In this document: one piece after another, positions 8,608 to 18,011 of the stretch
Layout: each line of letters opens with the position of its first letter
Position numbering within the stretch: the first letter of the stretch is position 1
IMG/VR virus record: IMGVR_UViG_3300033067_001732
Location: 1-36,653 of that record
Length of the DNA stretch: 36,653 bases
Origin: a virus
Lineage: Duplodnaviria > Caudoviricetes
Direction: 5' to 3' (one strand)
The notes under the pieces: model-generated
Databases searched by the model: none
Told to the model about the DNA's origin: nothing
The model's input: the letters and a program-made list of their open reading frames with translations, nothing else
Translations under genes and position numbers: made by a program

Positions 8608-10578
8608 TTATCTAGCGTTAGCAAATTTCTGAAATCCTAGCGATGGAATTGCATTATCTATTATAATTGCCAATTGATTATCTCTAACAACATATTGGTT
8701 TAATACATTTGAATGTTGTTCTAACTCGATTGGAGTATTAAACATTCTAATATTAGTCATATACATGTCATTTGCCCTTAACGTATAGTTAGAAGAAGAC
8801 TCCCATGCAATATTATATGGCATTAATTTATTTTCTTTAAACTCTAAAATCAAGTTATTTGAAGAAGATTGAGGAAGTACTATGTTTCCCCCTGATGTTG
8901 TTGTAATATTACTATTAGGGTCTAGGCTGTAAATTGAAACCTCCAATTGTAAAAATTGATTGTTAATATTTACAACATATGCATACCATTTATTTTTGCT
9001 AAATGTAATTCCATGGGTAAATTCTTCAATAGCACCATTAACACTTAATTTAAATTTAGTATTACTTAAACTTAATTTAAAACCGGTAATTGCGTCGTTG
9101 TCACCGAATAGGTAATAATCATTAATATTTGAAGATGCCAAATTAAATTGAGGAGAAAACCAACCAGTAAAAGCTGCATTTTTTCCAGGTTCAAGTTTTG
9201 ATGGAGTTGCATAAAATAATGCTATGTCATTTAATTGCATTTTAGTAAAATCATAGTGGTTTTTACTAACTACAGTCCATCTATTCTTTAAATCATAGTC
9301 AACAATTTTTAAAGATTTATTTGCAAACTCTCTAATACCATCTCGATAAACAGAAACTACTGTTTGAAATTGTTCAGGCTTAGACGTTTTAACATATTCT
9401 TCTTTTATTTTTTCGCCAAATATTTCTTCAATACCGGTTGTAAGTGAATCTGTTGCAATATCGAATTCTCCTTTGATAACATCGCTTCTGTCTTGATATT
9501 TTACAAGCTTTACTCTCCAATATGAATTTGTCATATTAAATTCGTCTGCCAAAGAAACTGAACTAATTTCATACATTCTATTCATGATAGGAATAAACAT
9601 ATAGTCCTTATTTCTTGGAGTTTTTCCAGCACCAAAATGGGATTCAAATTCATCTGCGGTAATATGAACCTCAAAATCGGCAAGTTCAATACCGAATATA
9701 TCGTAAGTATTCGCCTCTGTTGGAAATTCATTGCCAGGTACTAGAATTTTTATATGTTTATTATCTACAACATTATGTAAAGAATATTCCATTAAAATAA
9801 CATCACTTGTTCTTAGGTCGGGCTCTGTTCTAAAATAATTTACCTCATGCCCAAATATTCCAGTAACTATGTTCGTAAGTTGCTTATAAATTCCAATTGA
9901 TTTTGTAAGTTCATATGGTTTAAATACGTTTGGATTATTACACTCTACCTCTATATTTGCGCAACCATTCATTGCAAATGGATCTGTACATTCTGCACAA
10001 AAATTAGGGCATGATTCAATGATACCATCAACGGTTTCAATAGTATATGTAATTGAAAGAAGAGACAAACTGTTACCTGTGCTTATTCCAGCAATCTCAG
10101 CCTTCATATCTATCCATACTGGCTTGGTTGTGTCAAAGGTAAGAGATAATAGGTCGCCGTATGCTGTATTTTTATTTAAAGGAACAAATTGTGAAAACAC
10201 GCCACCACTTTGAGACCATCTATATTCATATTCAAAGAAATTTATTGAATCGGGATTTGTGTAATACTGTGCCTTTGTAAACGTTAATTCAAGAGGTGTT
10301 GTGATTGTAAGTTCATTTGTCGAAATAATCTGGTCTATTGTATATTCAATATTACCTATAATTATTTTATCACCTGCTGAAAATGCAGTTGTAAACTGTG
10401 TTGTAATTCCATACACTTCAAAACTTCCAACAGTACCGGATACGGTTCCTGTCATTAGAGGAGTTTTGAGACCTACGATTACTTCCCAATCGATTATTTT
10501 AAGTGTATTTGTATATGGTTGTTGTAGTTTGGCAATCAAAAAATCGCCATATTCAGTTGCAGTATATCCTGTTACCAT
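8608..10578 (-). CDS. Neck / head-closure protein (gp14-like core) with N- and C-terminal extensions
   Basis: Central IFGHEVNYFR..DVILMEY..DIFGIELADFEVHI..FESHF..PRNKDYMFIP..MYEISSV matches the gp14 pattern; 656 aa in total. Confidence 0.65.
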   Translation of the reverse strand: MVTGYTATEYGDFLIAKLQQPYTNTLKIIDWEVIVGLKTPLMTGTVSGTVGSFEVYGITTQFTTAFSAGDKIIIGNIEYTIDQIISTNELTITTPLELTFTKAQYYTNPDSINFFEYEYRWSQSGGVFSQFVPLNKNTAYGDLLSLTFDTTKPVWIDMKAEIAGISTGNSLSLLSITYTIETVDGIIESCPNFCAECTDPFAMNGCANIEVECNNPNVFKPYELTKSIGIYKQLTNIVTGIFGHEVNYFRTEPDLRTSDVILMEYSLHNVVDNKHIKILVPGNEFPTEANTYDIFGIELADFEVHITADEFESHFGAGKTPRNKDYMFIPIMNRMYEISSVSLADEFNMTNSYWRVKLVKYQDRSDVIKGEFDIATDSLTTGIEEIFGEKIKEEYVKTSKPEQFQTVVSVYRDGIREFANKSLKIVDYDLKNRWTVVSKNHYDFTKMQLNDIALFYATPSKLEPGKNAAFTGWFSPQFNLASSNINDYYLFGDNDAITGFKLSLSNTKFKLSVNGAIEEFTHGITFSKNKWYAYVVNINNQFLQLEVSIYSLDPNSNITTTSGGNIVLPQSSSNNLILEFKENKLMPYNIAWESSSNYTLRANDMYMTNIRMFNTPIELEQHSNVLNQYVVRDNQLAIIIDNAIPSLGFQKFANAR

Positions 10579-10985
10579 TATTCCTCAGTTTTTTTATCAG
10601 TTGCACCTTCAGGTCTATAAACCTCCCCAGCAATCCATGATGCTACAAAACCAGTAAGTGATACAAAGTATAGTGCTAATTCTCCAATATTGGCTTTAAA
10701 CCAAATAGCTCCTGCACCTGCGATTGCCCAAAGTATAACGACAACATATATCATTACTTCTCTGCGAGAGTTTGGGCCCTTTTCAAATAATTTAGTTTTA
10801 TCTGTTGGTCTTTTAGCCTCAGACCAAATATATGTTGCAGCGTACGCTGTTAAAGAACCAAAATAAACTGATAAATCTGCAAAACTTGCATCTTTATATG
10901 CGCCTAAAAGGCCGATCACCACCCATAAAAAAACTATAATGTAGATTAGTGCTTCTCTTTTTCCAAAATTACTAAAGAATTTCAT
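10578..10985 (-). CDS. Four-TM membrane protein with an internal two-fold repeat (holin candidate)
   Basis: REALIYIIVFLW...LSVYFGSLTAYAATYIWSE repeats as REVMIYVVVILW...LALYFVSLTGFVASWIAGE; its stop overlaps the next start (TAATG). Confidence 0.6.
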   Translation of the reverse strand: MKFFSNFGKREALIYIIVFLWVVIGLLGAYKDASFADLSVYFGSLTAYAATYIWSEAKRPTDKTKLFEKGPNSRREVMIYVVVILWAIAGAGAIWFKANIGELALYFVSLTGFVASWIAGEVYRPEGATDKKTEE

Positions 10986-11027
10986 TTATACTATGTATTT
11001 TTTTCTATAGTATATATTCAAAAAAAT

Positions 11028-11672
11028 CTAGTAGTCTGTTATAAGTAGAAGTAGAGTATTTTCAGGTTCTAATTTTCCCTCTAACACATCAAGAATATCT
11101 GCAATGATTCCTGTTTCGAAATCATCTTCATCTGCCTCCTGTAGAAAGTCATCAATTTTAGATGCAAGATCTGATGCAAAGATCCTGGTATAGTGCGAAG
11201 ACTCTGAAATAATGTTTAATTTTTCAAGAATTTTGTTTACCATTGGTAATTCTTCATCCTCATATAAATCACTTAATCTTAAAGTTGCAGTAATTACTTT
11301 AAATCCAAATTGCAATACCTTTTTTCCATCTATATGAATAAGTCTATTATAACCTTTATCCATATTTAACGTAAACTTGATGTATTGTAAATTTTTCATT
11401 TCGGTTACCATTTGATATAAAAAGTAGACTGAATTGATTTCCTTGTGGATTACATCTGACCCCTGTGTTTTAATTCGATTAATGGTTGATACATAATACT
11501 TATCAAGTAGATATTTAAGCTGATTGACAGAAATCATTACAGAATCATCTGTATTCTGTATGAAGTCAACATCGTTTTGGATTTGTGTCCATATCTTATT
11601 ATCGATGTAGTTATATTTATATAGCGTAATGTCTACTGCAGTCGGCAACAAACTTAATTCAAATGTATTCAT
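11028..11672 (-). CDS. Hypothetical protein
   Basis: 214-aa ORF in the operon with tight spacing; no motif recognised. Confidence 0.7.
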   Translation of the reverse strand: MNTFELSLLPTAVDITLYKYNYIDNKIWTQIQNDVDFIQNTDDSVMISVNQLKYLLDKYYVSTINRIKTQGSDVIHKEINSVYFLYQMVTEMKNLQYIKFTLNMDKGYNRLIHIDGKKVLQFGFKVITATLRLSDLYEDEELPMVNKILEKLNIISESSHYTRIFASDLASKIDDFLQEADEDDFETGIIADILDVLEGKLEPENTLLLLITDY

Positions 11673-11684
11673 AAAATTTACATA

Positions 11685-12113
11685 TTAGTAAACTTGCATC
11701 GAATCTTCTAATCGTTTAAGAGTAGTGTATAATTCTTCTTTAGCAAATTTTTCAAGTTCTTTAAATTCTCTTTTACCTATTTCATTCTTTTCCATAAAGA
11801 ATTGAATTACAGTATCTGATGGTATATATTTGCTTTTTGAAGATACTTCAGTTTTAGATTTTGCAGTTTTCGTATAGATCCAACCTGGCACTCCTTTAAA
11901 ACGAGCTGCAACAAGAGACCAACTATCAATAACTGCAATTGGATTAATTCCATTTTTATTAAAAAGTTGAGCATTTGCAGGATATTTAATAGCAAAAAAT
12001 CTATTAATCATGAAATGATGTCTCTTCTTGTTATGTGTGCTTATTTTTTGATACTCCTCTGGTTTTGTAAAAAGTATTTTAATAAAGTCAAATAATTTTG
12101 TTTCGTCTAGCAT
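11685..12113 (-). CDS. gp62: Clamp loader small subunit (gp62-like)
   Basis: LFDFIK...FMINRFF pattern as in gp62 homologues; size fits; close to gp44. Confidence 0.6.
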   Translation of the reverse strand: MLDETKLFDFIKILFTKPEEYQKISTHNKKRHHFMINRFFAIKYPANAQLFNKNGINPIAVIDSWSLVAARFKGVPGWIYTKTAKSKTEVSSKSKYIPSDTVIQFFMEKNEIGKREFKELEKFAKEELYTTLKRLEDSMQVY

Positions 12114-12145
12114 ATAAATTATATGTATTTTTTATTTAATGTTTA

Positions 12146-13378
12146 TTAAAATAATGTATTAATTTTCTTAACTAGTGGTTCTTTATTAACTTCATTTAAA
12201 TCTAATGTTGCAAATGCGTCATACATCTTAGGGGCAGTATTACCCTTTGCCTTTGCCGTATTCCAACCCGTACCCTCAAGAATCTTTTCCATTTGGGTTA
12301 AATTAATTAATTGAGTAGACATATTAAAGTCAGAATCTATTTCTTTGTAAATACCCTTTTGAATACCCTCTGGAATTGTATTGAAATGCAGTAGCATTAA
12401 ATCTAAATTTTGATTGAATGCTATTCTAATCTCATCCTTTGTAGACTTGCCTACAACACTATAAATAAGTTCAACTATAATATCTACTTGATTTGATGAA
12501 AAGAAATGATCGATATGAAAGCTACCTTCAGTTTCTCTGTATTTTTCTAGAATTTGAGTTGCGTGTTTTTCTGTAATAGAGTAATTTCTGATAGAGCCAC
12601 TTGATGTTGCCTTGGTCCATGTCACAACTGACTTGATATTATCACTCTTATCTCCTTGTAATATTTTAGAAAAAATAAAATCATCGCAGTTGATTTCCTC
12701 AATGCGCACTGAATTCTTAAGAATCCACGCTTTAAAATCATCTTTAAGTTTATCTCCCATAACATCATTAGATGCCATGTTAAATAACATATCGTCATTA
12801 CTTAAATTTGTGGTGCCAGCATTATCTAATAGTTCTTGAAATCCTTCAAATGCAATAAGTTTTCTCTGTGAATTATAGTACCATAGAGTGTATGCATCAG
12901 TTGCTTCATTGTAATTAACAAGTTGAATTAAATCTCTATCGCCAGTCCATACAATACAATTTTTACCTTCATTGTTTAACTGAGTTGACCATCCAAATAG
13001 AATATCGTCAGCTTCAGCACCTGGTACCTTATGAATAATTACACCATATTTTGCAAGAATTTCTTGGAACTCTACATAAACATTAAATACATTTTCCCAA
13101 TTCACAGAATTATCTGCAACCCTGGTTCCTTTATATTCAGCTGCAGGAAATAAATCTTTGCGCCAAGATTTTGAATCCACCGCAACTACAATTTGATCGA
13201 TAAATGGTGTCATTTTACGAACCTCTGATGCAAAGTCAATACATAGCTTTCGCATAAATTGTTCTTGGCCATCTCTATCTCCTAATAATTGTTCTCCTTT
13301 AGCACGAGGAAGCACGAATAATCTACTATGTACAAAGTAGTTACCGTCGATTATCAGTGTATGTTTACCTATTTTCAT
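12146..13378 (-). CDS. rnh: RNase H / 5'-3' flap exonuclease (T4 Rnh-like)
   Basis: LIIDGN, SWRK..YKGTR, EADDI, TGDRDLIQL and LQGDKSDNI motifs of the FEN/5'-3' exonuclease family. Confidence 0.92.
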   Translation of the reverse strand: MKIGKHTLIIDGNYFVHSRLFVLPRAKGEQLLGDRDGQEQFMRKLCIDFASEVRKMTPFIDQIVVAVDSKSWRKDLFPAAEYKGTRVADNSVNWENVFNVYVEFQEILAKYGVIIHKVPGAEADDILFGWSTQLNNEGKNCIVWTGDRDLIQLVNYNEATDAYTLWYYNSQRKLIAFEGFQELLDNAGTTNLSNDDMLFNMASNDVMGDKLKDDFKAWILKNSVRIEEINCDDFIFSKILQGDKSDNIKSVVTWTKATSSGSIRNYSITEKHATQILEKYRETEGSFHIDHFFSSNQVDIIVELIYSVVGKSTKDEIRIAFNQNLDLMLLHFNTIPEGIQKGIYKEIDSDFNMSTQLINLTQMEKILEGTGWNTAKAKGNTAPKMYDAFATLDLNEVNKEPLVKKINTLF

Positions 13379-13445
13379 AATGCATTTTTATTTATGTAAA
13401 TATAATCAATTCGGGTGATCCGTGAAAATATTTAGTAATTTATTT

Positions 13446-14396
13446 TTAACCTTTTACTATTTCTTGAATTTTATAAACACAAGACAAAAGTGTGATGACA
13501 GGGTCAATCACAAGAGTACGTTGTGCCTGGTGCTCTGCAACACAAATTGCAATTTGTGGAATATGTCGAGCATTTTGAGGTTTTTCAGATTGAATATACT
13601 CAATAAATTCTTCTCCTAATGTCTGTAAGACATCGTCAACTCTATTTGAATATTCACCGACTAAATGTTTATAATTTGCAATAGGGTCCATTTGATTAAA
13701 TATTAGTTCAAATACATCTTTATATACTGAATTAAATTTCTTAACATCTTCTGTTGTAATATTTGATGTGCCTTGTGTTTTATAACCCTGTAATTTATTA
13801 AGAGTGCTTCTTAAATCTGGAAAATTACGTTTAACAAATTCAACCAGTGCTGGTTTTTCAATGGTCATCTCTTCCTTGCCACAGATATCATATACTCTTC
13901 TGATATACTTTTTTGTTAATTCACTTTCTTCTGATTTATCGAAATCGAAATTTATCACCTCAAATCTTGATAGAATAGGGTCTGGAATTTTATTTACATA
14001 ATTACATGTTGCAATAAATCTGGAATTACTTGCAAATTGTTCCATAGTAGCACGTAACGCTTTAAAGAATTGATCAGAAACACCATCAACCTCATCTAAT
14101 ATAACTACCTTAAATTTTCCTTTGTCATCTAAAATTGACATCGTAGAACAAAAATCTGTGATTCTTGTACGAATTACATCAACTGAAGTATCGGTTGAGG
14201 CATTAATATAAATGTATGGTAAATCAAATTGCTTTACAATTGCCTTTGCCGTTGAAGTTTTTCCAGTACCCGGACTACCCGCTAATAGCATGTTTTGTGA
14301 GATACCGTCTTTAAATTTAGACATAACTCTATCTGGTAAAATTAAATCTTCAAGATTTTTAGGTCTGTATTTTTCGGTAAATAATGTGTGAATCAT
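13446..14396 (-). CDS. gp44: Clamp loader large subunit (gp44-like AAA+)
   Basis: EKYRP, GSPGTGKTS, INAS, VILDEVD, FIATCNY, ILSRF, FPDLR. Confidence 0.95.
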   Translation of the reverse strand: MIHTLFTEKYRPKNLEDLILPDRVMSKFKDGISQNMLLAGSPGTGKTSTAKAIVKQFDLPYIYINASTDTSVDVIRTRITDFCSTMSILDDKGKFKVVILDEVDGVSDQFFKALRATMEQFASNSRFIATCNYVNKIPDPILSRFEVINFDFDKSEESELTKKYIRRVYDICGKEEMTIEKPALVEFVKRNFPDLRSTLNKLQGYKTQGTSNITTEDVKKFNSVYKDVFELIFNQMDPIANYKHLVGEYSNRVDDVLQTLGEEFIEYIQSEKPQNARHIPQIAICVAEHQAQRTLVIDPVITLLSCVYKIQEIVKG

Positions 14397-14421
14397 ATAT
14401 AGTTTGCTTAATTTTATAGAT

Positions 14422-14450
14422 ATTATATAAATTTGAAGTAATAAGTTTCA
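14422..14450 (-). promoter_or_regulatory. TGAAAC-N17-TATAAT promoter upstream of gp44
   Basis: Exact motif and spacing. Confidence 0.75.
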
Positions 14451-14462
14451 AATAAATATAAC

Positions 14463-14963
14463 ATGGCATACAACAACAAATATCCCAGTATTAAGAGAAC
14501 TAGTGGCCCAAATCCTCGCAATAGATTTGGTGTATGCTACGAAGGTCTTTCACGACAACAGCGTAGATTATTATTAGAAAATCCTTTACTCAGAGAAAGA
14601 GCACAGGACGATCAATTTTTACAAATTTTATTTGAGGTAAGTAGATATAAAAACCAAACTTCTAAAAATAGGTATTACTATGATTGGTCAACTGGCGACT
14701 TTATGAAAATGGAGGAACTACATGAAAACTATGATATGATAGATTGGACATGCGCGATCTCAGGTGAACCCATCATGGCAAACATTAATAACTTTAATGC
14801 AGATAACTTTGTACACCCTGATTATCATGATACATTGGGAGGTGATATGGTGGATGGTAGAATCTTAAAATCTTCTATTGCCTTTCAAAAACACGTAAAA
14901 AAACTCCTATTGAATCAACAAAAGGAGTTTTTAAATTTAGTTAAAAAGAATTCTAGATTATAG
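14463..14963 (+). CDS. Hypothetical protein (only credible plus-strand gene)
   Basis: 166-aa ORF that fills the gap between two minus-strand genes; AATAAATA lies just upstream; contains WTCAISGEPI..FVHP. Confidence 0.75.
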   Translation: MAYNNKYPSIKRTSGPNPRNRFGVCYEGLSRQQRRLLLENPLLRERAQDDQFLQILFEVSRYKNQTSKNRYYYDWSTGDFMKMEELHENYDMIDWTCAISGEPIMANINNFNADNFVHPDYHDTLGGDMVDGRILKSSIAFQKHVKKLLLNQQKEFLNLVKKNSRL

Positions 14964-16016
14964 TAACTTAAAGAATTTTTCTTTAATGCTGTCATTTAAA
15001 TAACCTTCATTTAATTTTGACACGTATTCTGATTTTTTGATAATTTCATTATATTTTTGATATAATATTGAATTATTTTCAAATTGCCAGTCTTGTTTCG
15101 ATAAAATTTCGCTGGCAACTTCAATTAAATTATTTTCAAAGGCTGCAAGAAATAATGATTCTTGTGGATTTTGAACTTTATCTATGGATTTTTGTTGAGC
15201 TGCAATAGCACTTCTTAGCATAGATATTTTATCCTCATCTTCTTTTGTTTTTTTATCCTTTGCATTTAATGCATCAATAGCATCTTGATATTTTTTAATT
15301 TCTTCCTTTGCCTTTGATATCTTAGGGTCTTCATCTATAGGTTCTTCCTCTGTAGGTTCTTCCTGTGCTGGTTCTTCCTTTGTAGGTTTTTTCTTATTTT
15401 CTGCCTCTTGTCTTAATCTTTCTTTTTCGGCTTCAATTTCCTCCTTATTATCATCTTCTAATTTAGAGATTGCTGCTTCTTCTTCTCTGTATCTATCGGC
15501 AAGTTCTTTCATCTTAGTTTTAAGATCTGACTTTCTATCAGGGTCATCTTCCATACCGCTTGTTCTTTTAATAAGTTCTAGTTGGCCTTCTATTTTTGCC
15601 TTTGCAAGTTTACGATCTACAATAGCACCTTTACCACGAAATCTATCATCTACCATCTTTTGAAGTTCAGATGCCTGTGCCTTTACTGCATCACTTTTAT
15701 CTTCAAGACTAGTTCTTTTATCACCTTCAGCTTTTTTAGCAGCGAATTCTAAATCAGCAGAATTCATTCTAATTTTATTAACCTTTTTCTGTGCACTTGA
15801 GGCTCTCATACTTGTAATCCATGCTGCAATAAAATCAGTTGTTTCTCCTTCTTCAATTGGCATCGAATTTAATTCTTCTGTTAATTCATTTGCAAGCGTT
15901 TCCAATGAATTAATAATTGTATCTACGTCCATTGATATATCAGATGCTACTGCAGTTGCTACTTCGTTTTCTTTAACGAATGAATACCATGTTTTAAATG
16001 TTGTGAAATTTTTCAT
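14958..16016 (-). CDS. Charged coiled-coil protein, probable internal head/prohead component
   Basis: Very K/E-rich with an EEP-repeat linker; late motif at 16048-16055; N-terminus MKNFTTFKTWYSFVKENE; directly downstream of the capsid gene. Confidence 0.55.
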   Translation of the reverse strand: MKNFTTFKTWYSFVKENEVATAVASDISMDVDTIINSLETLANELTEELNSMPIEEGETTDFIAAWITSMRASSAQKKVNKIRMNSADLEFAAKKAEGDKRTSLEDKSDAVKAQASELQKMVDDRFRGKGAIVDRKLAKAKIEGQLELIKRTSGMEDDPDRKSDLKTKMKELADRYREEEAAISKLEDDNKEEIEAEKERLRQEAENKKKPTKEEPAQEEPTEEEPIDEDPKISKAKEEIKKYQDAIDALNAKDKKTKEDEDKISMLRSAIAAQQKSIDKVQNPQESLFLAAFENNLIEVASEILSKQDWQFENNSILYQKYNEIIKKSEYVSKLNEGYLNDSIKEKFFKLL

Positions 16017-16056
16017 AATTTATATTTTTATAATTATTCTATTTTAGTATATATCA

Positions 16057-16090
16057 CAAAAAAAGGGAACCGATTTCTCGATTCCCTTTT
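16057..16090 (-). terminator. Intrinsic terminator after the major capsid gene
   Basis: AAAAGGGAATCGA-GAAA-TCGGTTCCCTTTTTTTT on the minus strand. Confidence 0.85.
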
Positions 16091-16125
16091 GAATATTTAT
16101 AGAATGTTAGTTCTAAATCTAAATA

Positions 16126-17526
16126 TTAAGCTAAAGTTAATAAGTTAGTCCAAGCACCGTCAATGCTAAAAGTAACATATTGAGTTTCTGGGTGGAAACC
16201 TGCATCAACTAATGCAAATCTAGATTTAACAGCAACTTTAGGAGCCATAGTTCCTTCAGCAATTGTTTGAACTGATTCAGCCATTAAGTAAGGCATGAAT
16301 ACAACACCTGGTCCGTTTCCGTCACCTTTTCTACCTACAGTTACTGAATAATCTCCCCAGTCCATTGTTGGGTCAGTGTAGATATTAATACCTGCAACAG
16401 ATCCTAATGGATAGATAGCTCCAGCAGCTTGTGCGAATGTGTTAGCCATTGGGTTAGCAACGAATCCAGCGATTGACTGTAATACAGTTGCAGTTTGTGG
16501 TCCAACTACAGCGAAGTTACCAGCACCTCTTCTACCTCTGTTAGCAATTAAGTTAGCAGCGGCTAATACTTGAGAAAGGATTCTTCTGTGAACAGATGGT
16601 AAAGTTTCACCACCAGCTAAAGATGCAGCAGTAGGTAATACCATATCGAAATCGGTAGCAGCACCGAAAGCTTTAGTAATGTTAACAGTACCTAAAGATC
16701 TTAATCTTCCTAAGATGTATTGGTTGATTGATTGAGTTAATTCGTTAGTTAAAACAGCTTCAACTTGAGCAACAGCATCAACTCCGAATTGTTTTAAATC
16801 TTGAACTTGTTCTCTTGTTACAGCAGCAGCAACTTGGAAAGTTTCAGCTGAAACTGATTTAGAGAATAAAGATAATCCCATCACTTTGTCTGGAGTTTGT
16901 TCACCTGCTTCTCTTGAGAATGGGTTACCTGCGTTATCAGCAGCTACAAATCCTTTAATGTGGTCTTCTAAAGCTTTTACTAATTCAGCATCTGCATAAG
17001 TATCTGTAATAACACCAGCAGCTTCTGTTGCAGCACTTACTTTTACAATGTTTTTACCATCAATTCTTGAAGTACCTACTAATGTATCAGCAGCATCTAC
17101 AGCTAAAGAAGTTTTGATGTAAGTTGGAGCAGTAGAACCAGCTACTTTACCACCTTCGTATACGAAGTCTAAGTAAGATAATAATCCCATTGGACCAGCC
17201 ATAGGAACTACAGGTACTAAATCTAAACCTACAGTTTGTGCAGCAACTTGCATTGCTAATGGTAATAAAGTCGGAGCTTTGTCACCTGAACCATTTGTAG
17301 TAGAAACTCCACCAGCACCGATATTTCCAGGTAATACAGTAGCACCCATACCATAGATGTTACCAGCGTTTCCTAACGACATGATGTTTGCATCTTCGTA
17401 TAATTTGTGATTGTGACAGTATTCTGACATCCAAGCTAATTTGCTAGCGTCGTTGATTCCTGTCGCAGATTCGATAATCGGAGACCATGTTGCTCTGATT
17501 TCTGATTCATTGATTAAATTTGCCAT
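16126..17526 (-). CDS. gp23: Major capsid protein (gp23-like)
   Basis: VVPMAGPMGLL, EQVQDLKQFGVDA..LTNELTQSINQYI, IANRGRRGAGNFAVV, FMPY and TMAPKVAVKSRF; strongly biased codon usage. Confidence 0.95.
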   Translation of the reverse strand: MANLINESEIRATWSPIIESATGINDASKLAWMSEYCHNHKLYEDANIMSLGNAGNIYGMGATVLPGNIGAGGVSTTNGSGDKAPTLLPLAMQVAAQTVGLDLVPVVPMAGPMGLLSYLDFVYEGGKVAGSTAPTYIKTSLAVDAADTLVGTSRIDGKNIVKVSAATEAAGVITDTYADAELVKALEDHIKGFVAADNAGNPFSREAGEQTPDKVMGLSLFSKSVSAETFQVAAAVTREQVQDLKQFGVDAVAQVEAVLTNELTQSINQYILGRLRSLGTVNITKAFGAATDFDMVLPTAASLAGGETLPSVHRRILSQVLAAANLIANRGRRGAGNFAVVGPQTATVLQSIAGFVANPMANTFAQAAGAIYPLGSVAGINIYTDPTMDWGDYSVTVGRKGDGNGPGVVFMPYLMAESVQTIAEGTMAPKVAVKSRFALVDAGFHPETQYVTFSIDGAWTNLLTLA

Positions 17527-17636
17527 TTTTGTTTAATTTATTTTTTAATGGTTTTTATTTTTCGTATTTTACGAGTTTTCGATATAATTTCAGTTTTTTG
17601 CTTCTTAACTGAGCATCGAATATGTTTTAATATTAT

Positions 17637-17644
17637 TATATATC
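17637..17644 (-). promoter_or_regulatory. Putative late promoter GATATATA (capsid gene; representative of 10 copies)
   Basis: Same 8-mer at 1308, 3421, 6055, 16048, 17637, 19987, 24380, 25235, 34122 and 34844, each just upstream of a structural or leader-bearing gene. Confidence 0.8.
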
Positions 17645-17709
17645 CTTATTATCTGTGACTTTTTTAAAAAAATCAAAAAAATAGGATTTTTTATTACTTT
17701 TTTTGAAAT

Positions 17710-17988
17710 TTATGACTGCCATCCATTTTCAATCCAGTAATCAACATCTAAGTCGTCTTCATCTCCATCTGGAAAGTGAATTTCAAGTGCAGCTCTTAAT
17801 TGTTCTTTTGTTCCTTTATATGTCATGTCTAAACCTTTTATTGATACAGTTGCACCTGTTTCTGATTTAATTTGTTTAACATAATCTTTTTTCTCGGCAG
17901 ATGACATTCCGTCAGCACCCATGGATATGAACATTTCTTCTGTCTTTGCTTCGTTTACAAATTGTTCAAATAATTTAATGAATTTCAT
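17710..17988 (-). CDS. Small acidic protein with a capsid-targeting-like leader
   Basis: MKFIKLFEQFVNE leader; located between the scaffold and capsid genes. Confidence 0.7.
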   Translation of the reverse strand: MKFIKLFEQFVNEAKTEEMFISMGADGMSSAEKKDYVKQIKSETGATVSIKGLDMTYKGTKEQLRAALEIHFPDGDEDDLDVDYWIENGWQS

Positions 17989-18011
17989 AATCTATTTTTT
18001 ATTATTTTTTA

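Noticed and set aside
15335-15390. 15-bp EEP-coding repeats
   Set aside because: An ordinary low-complexity linker inside a charged protein.
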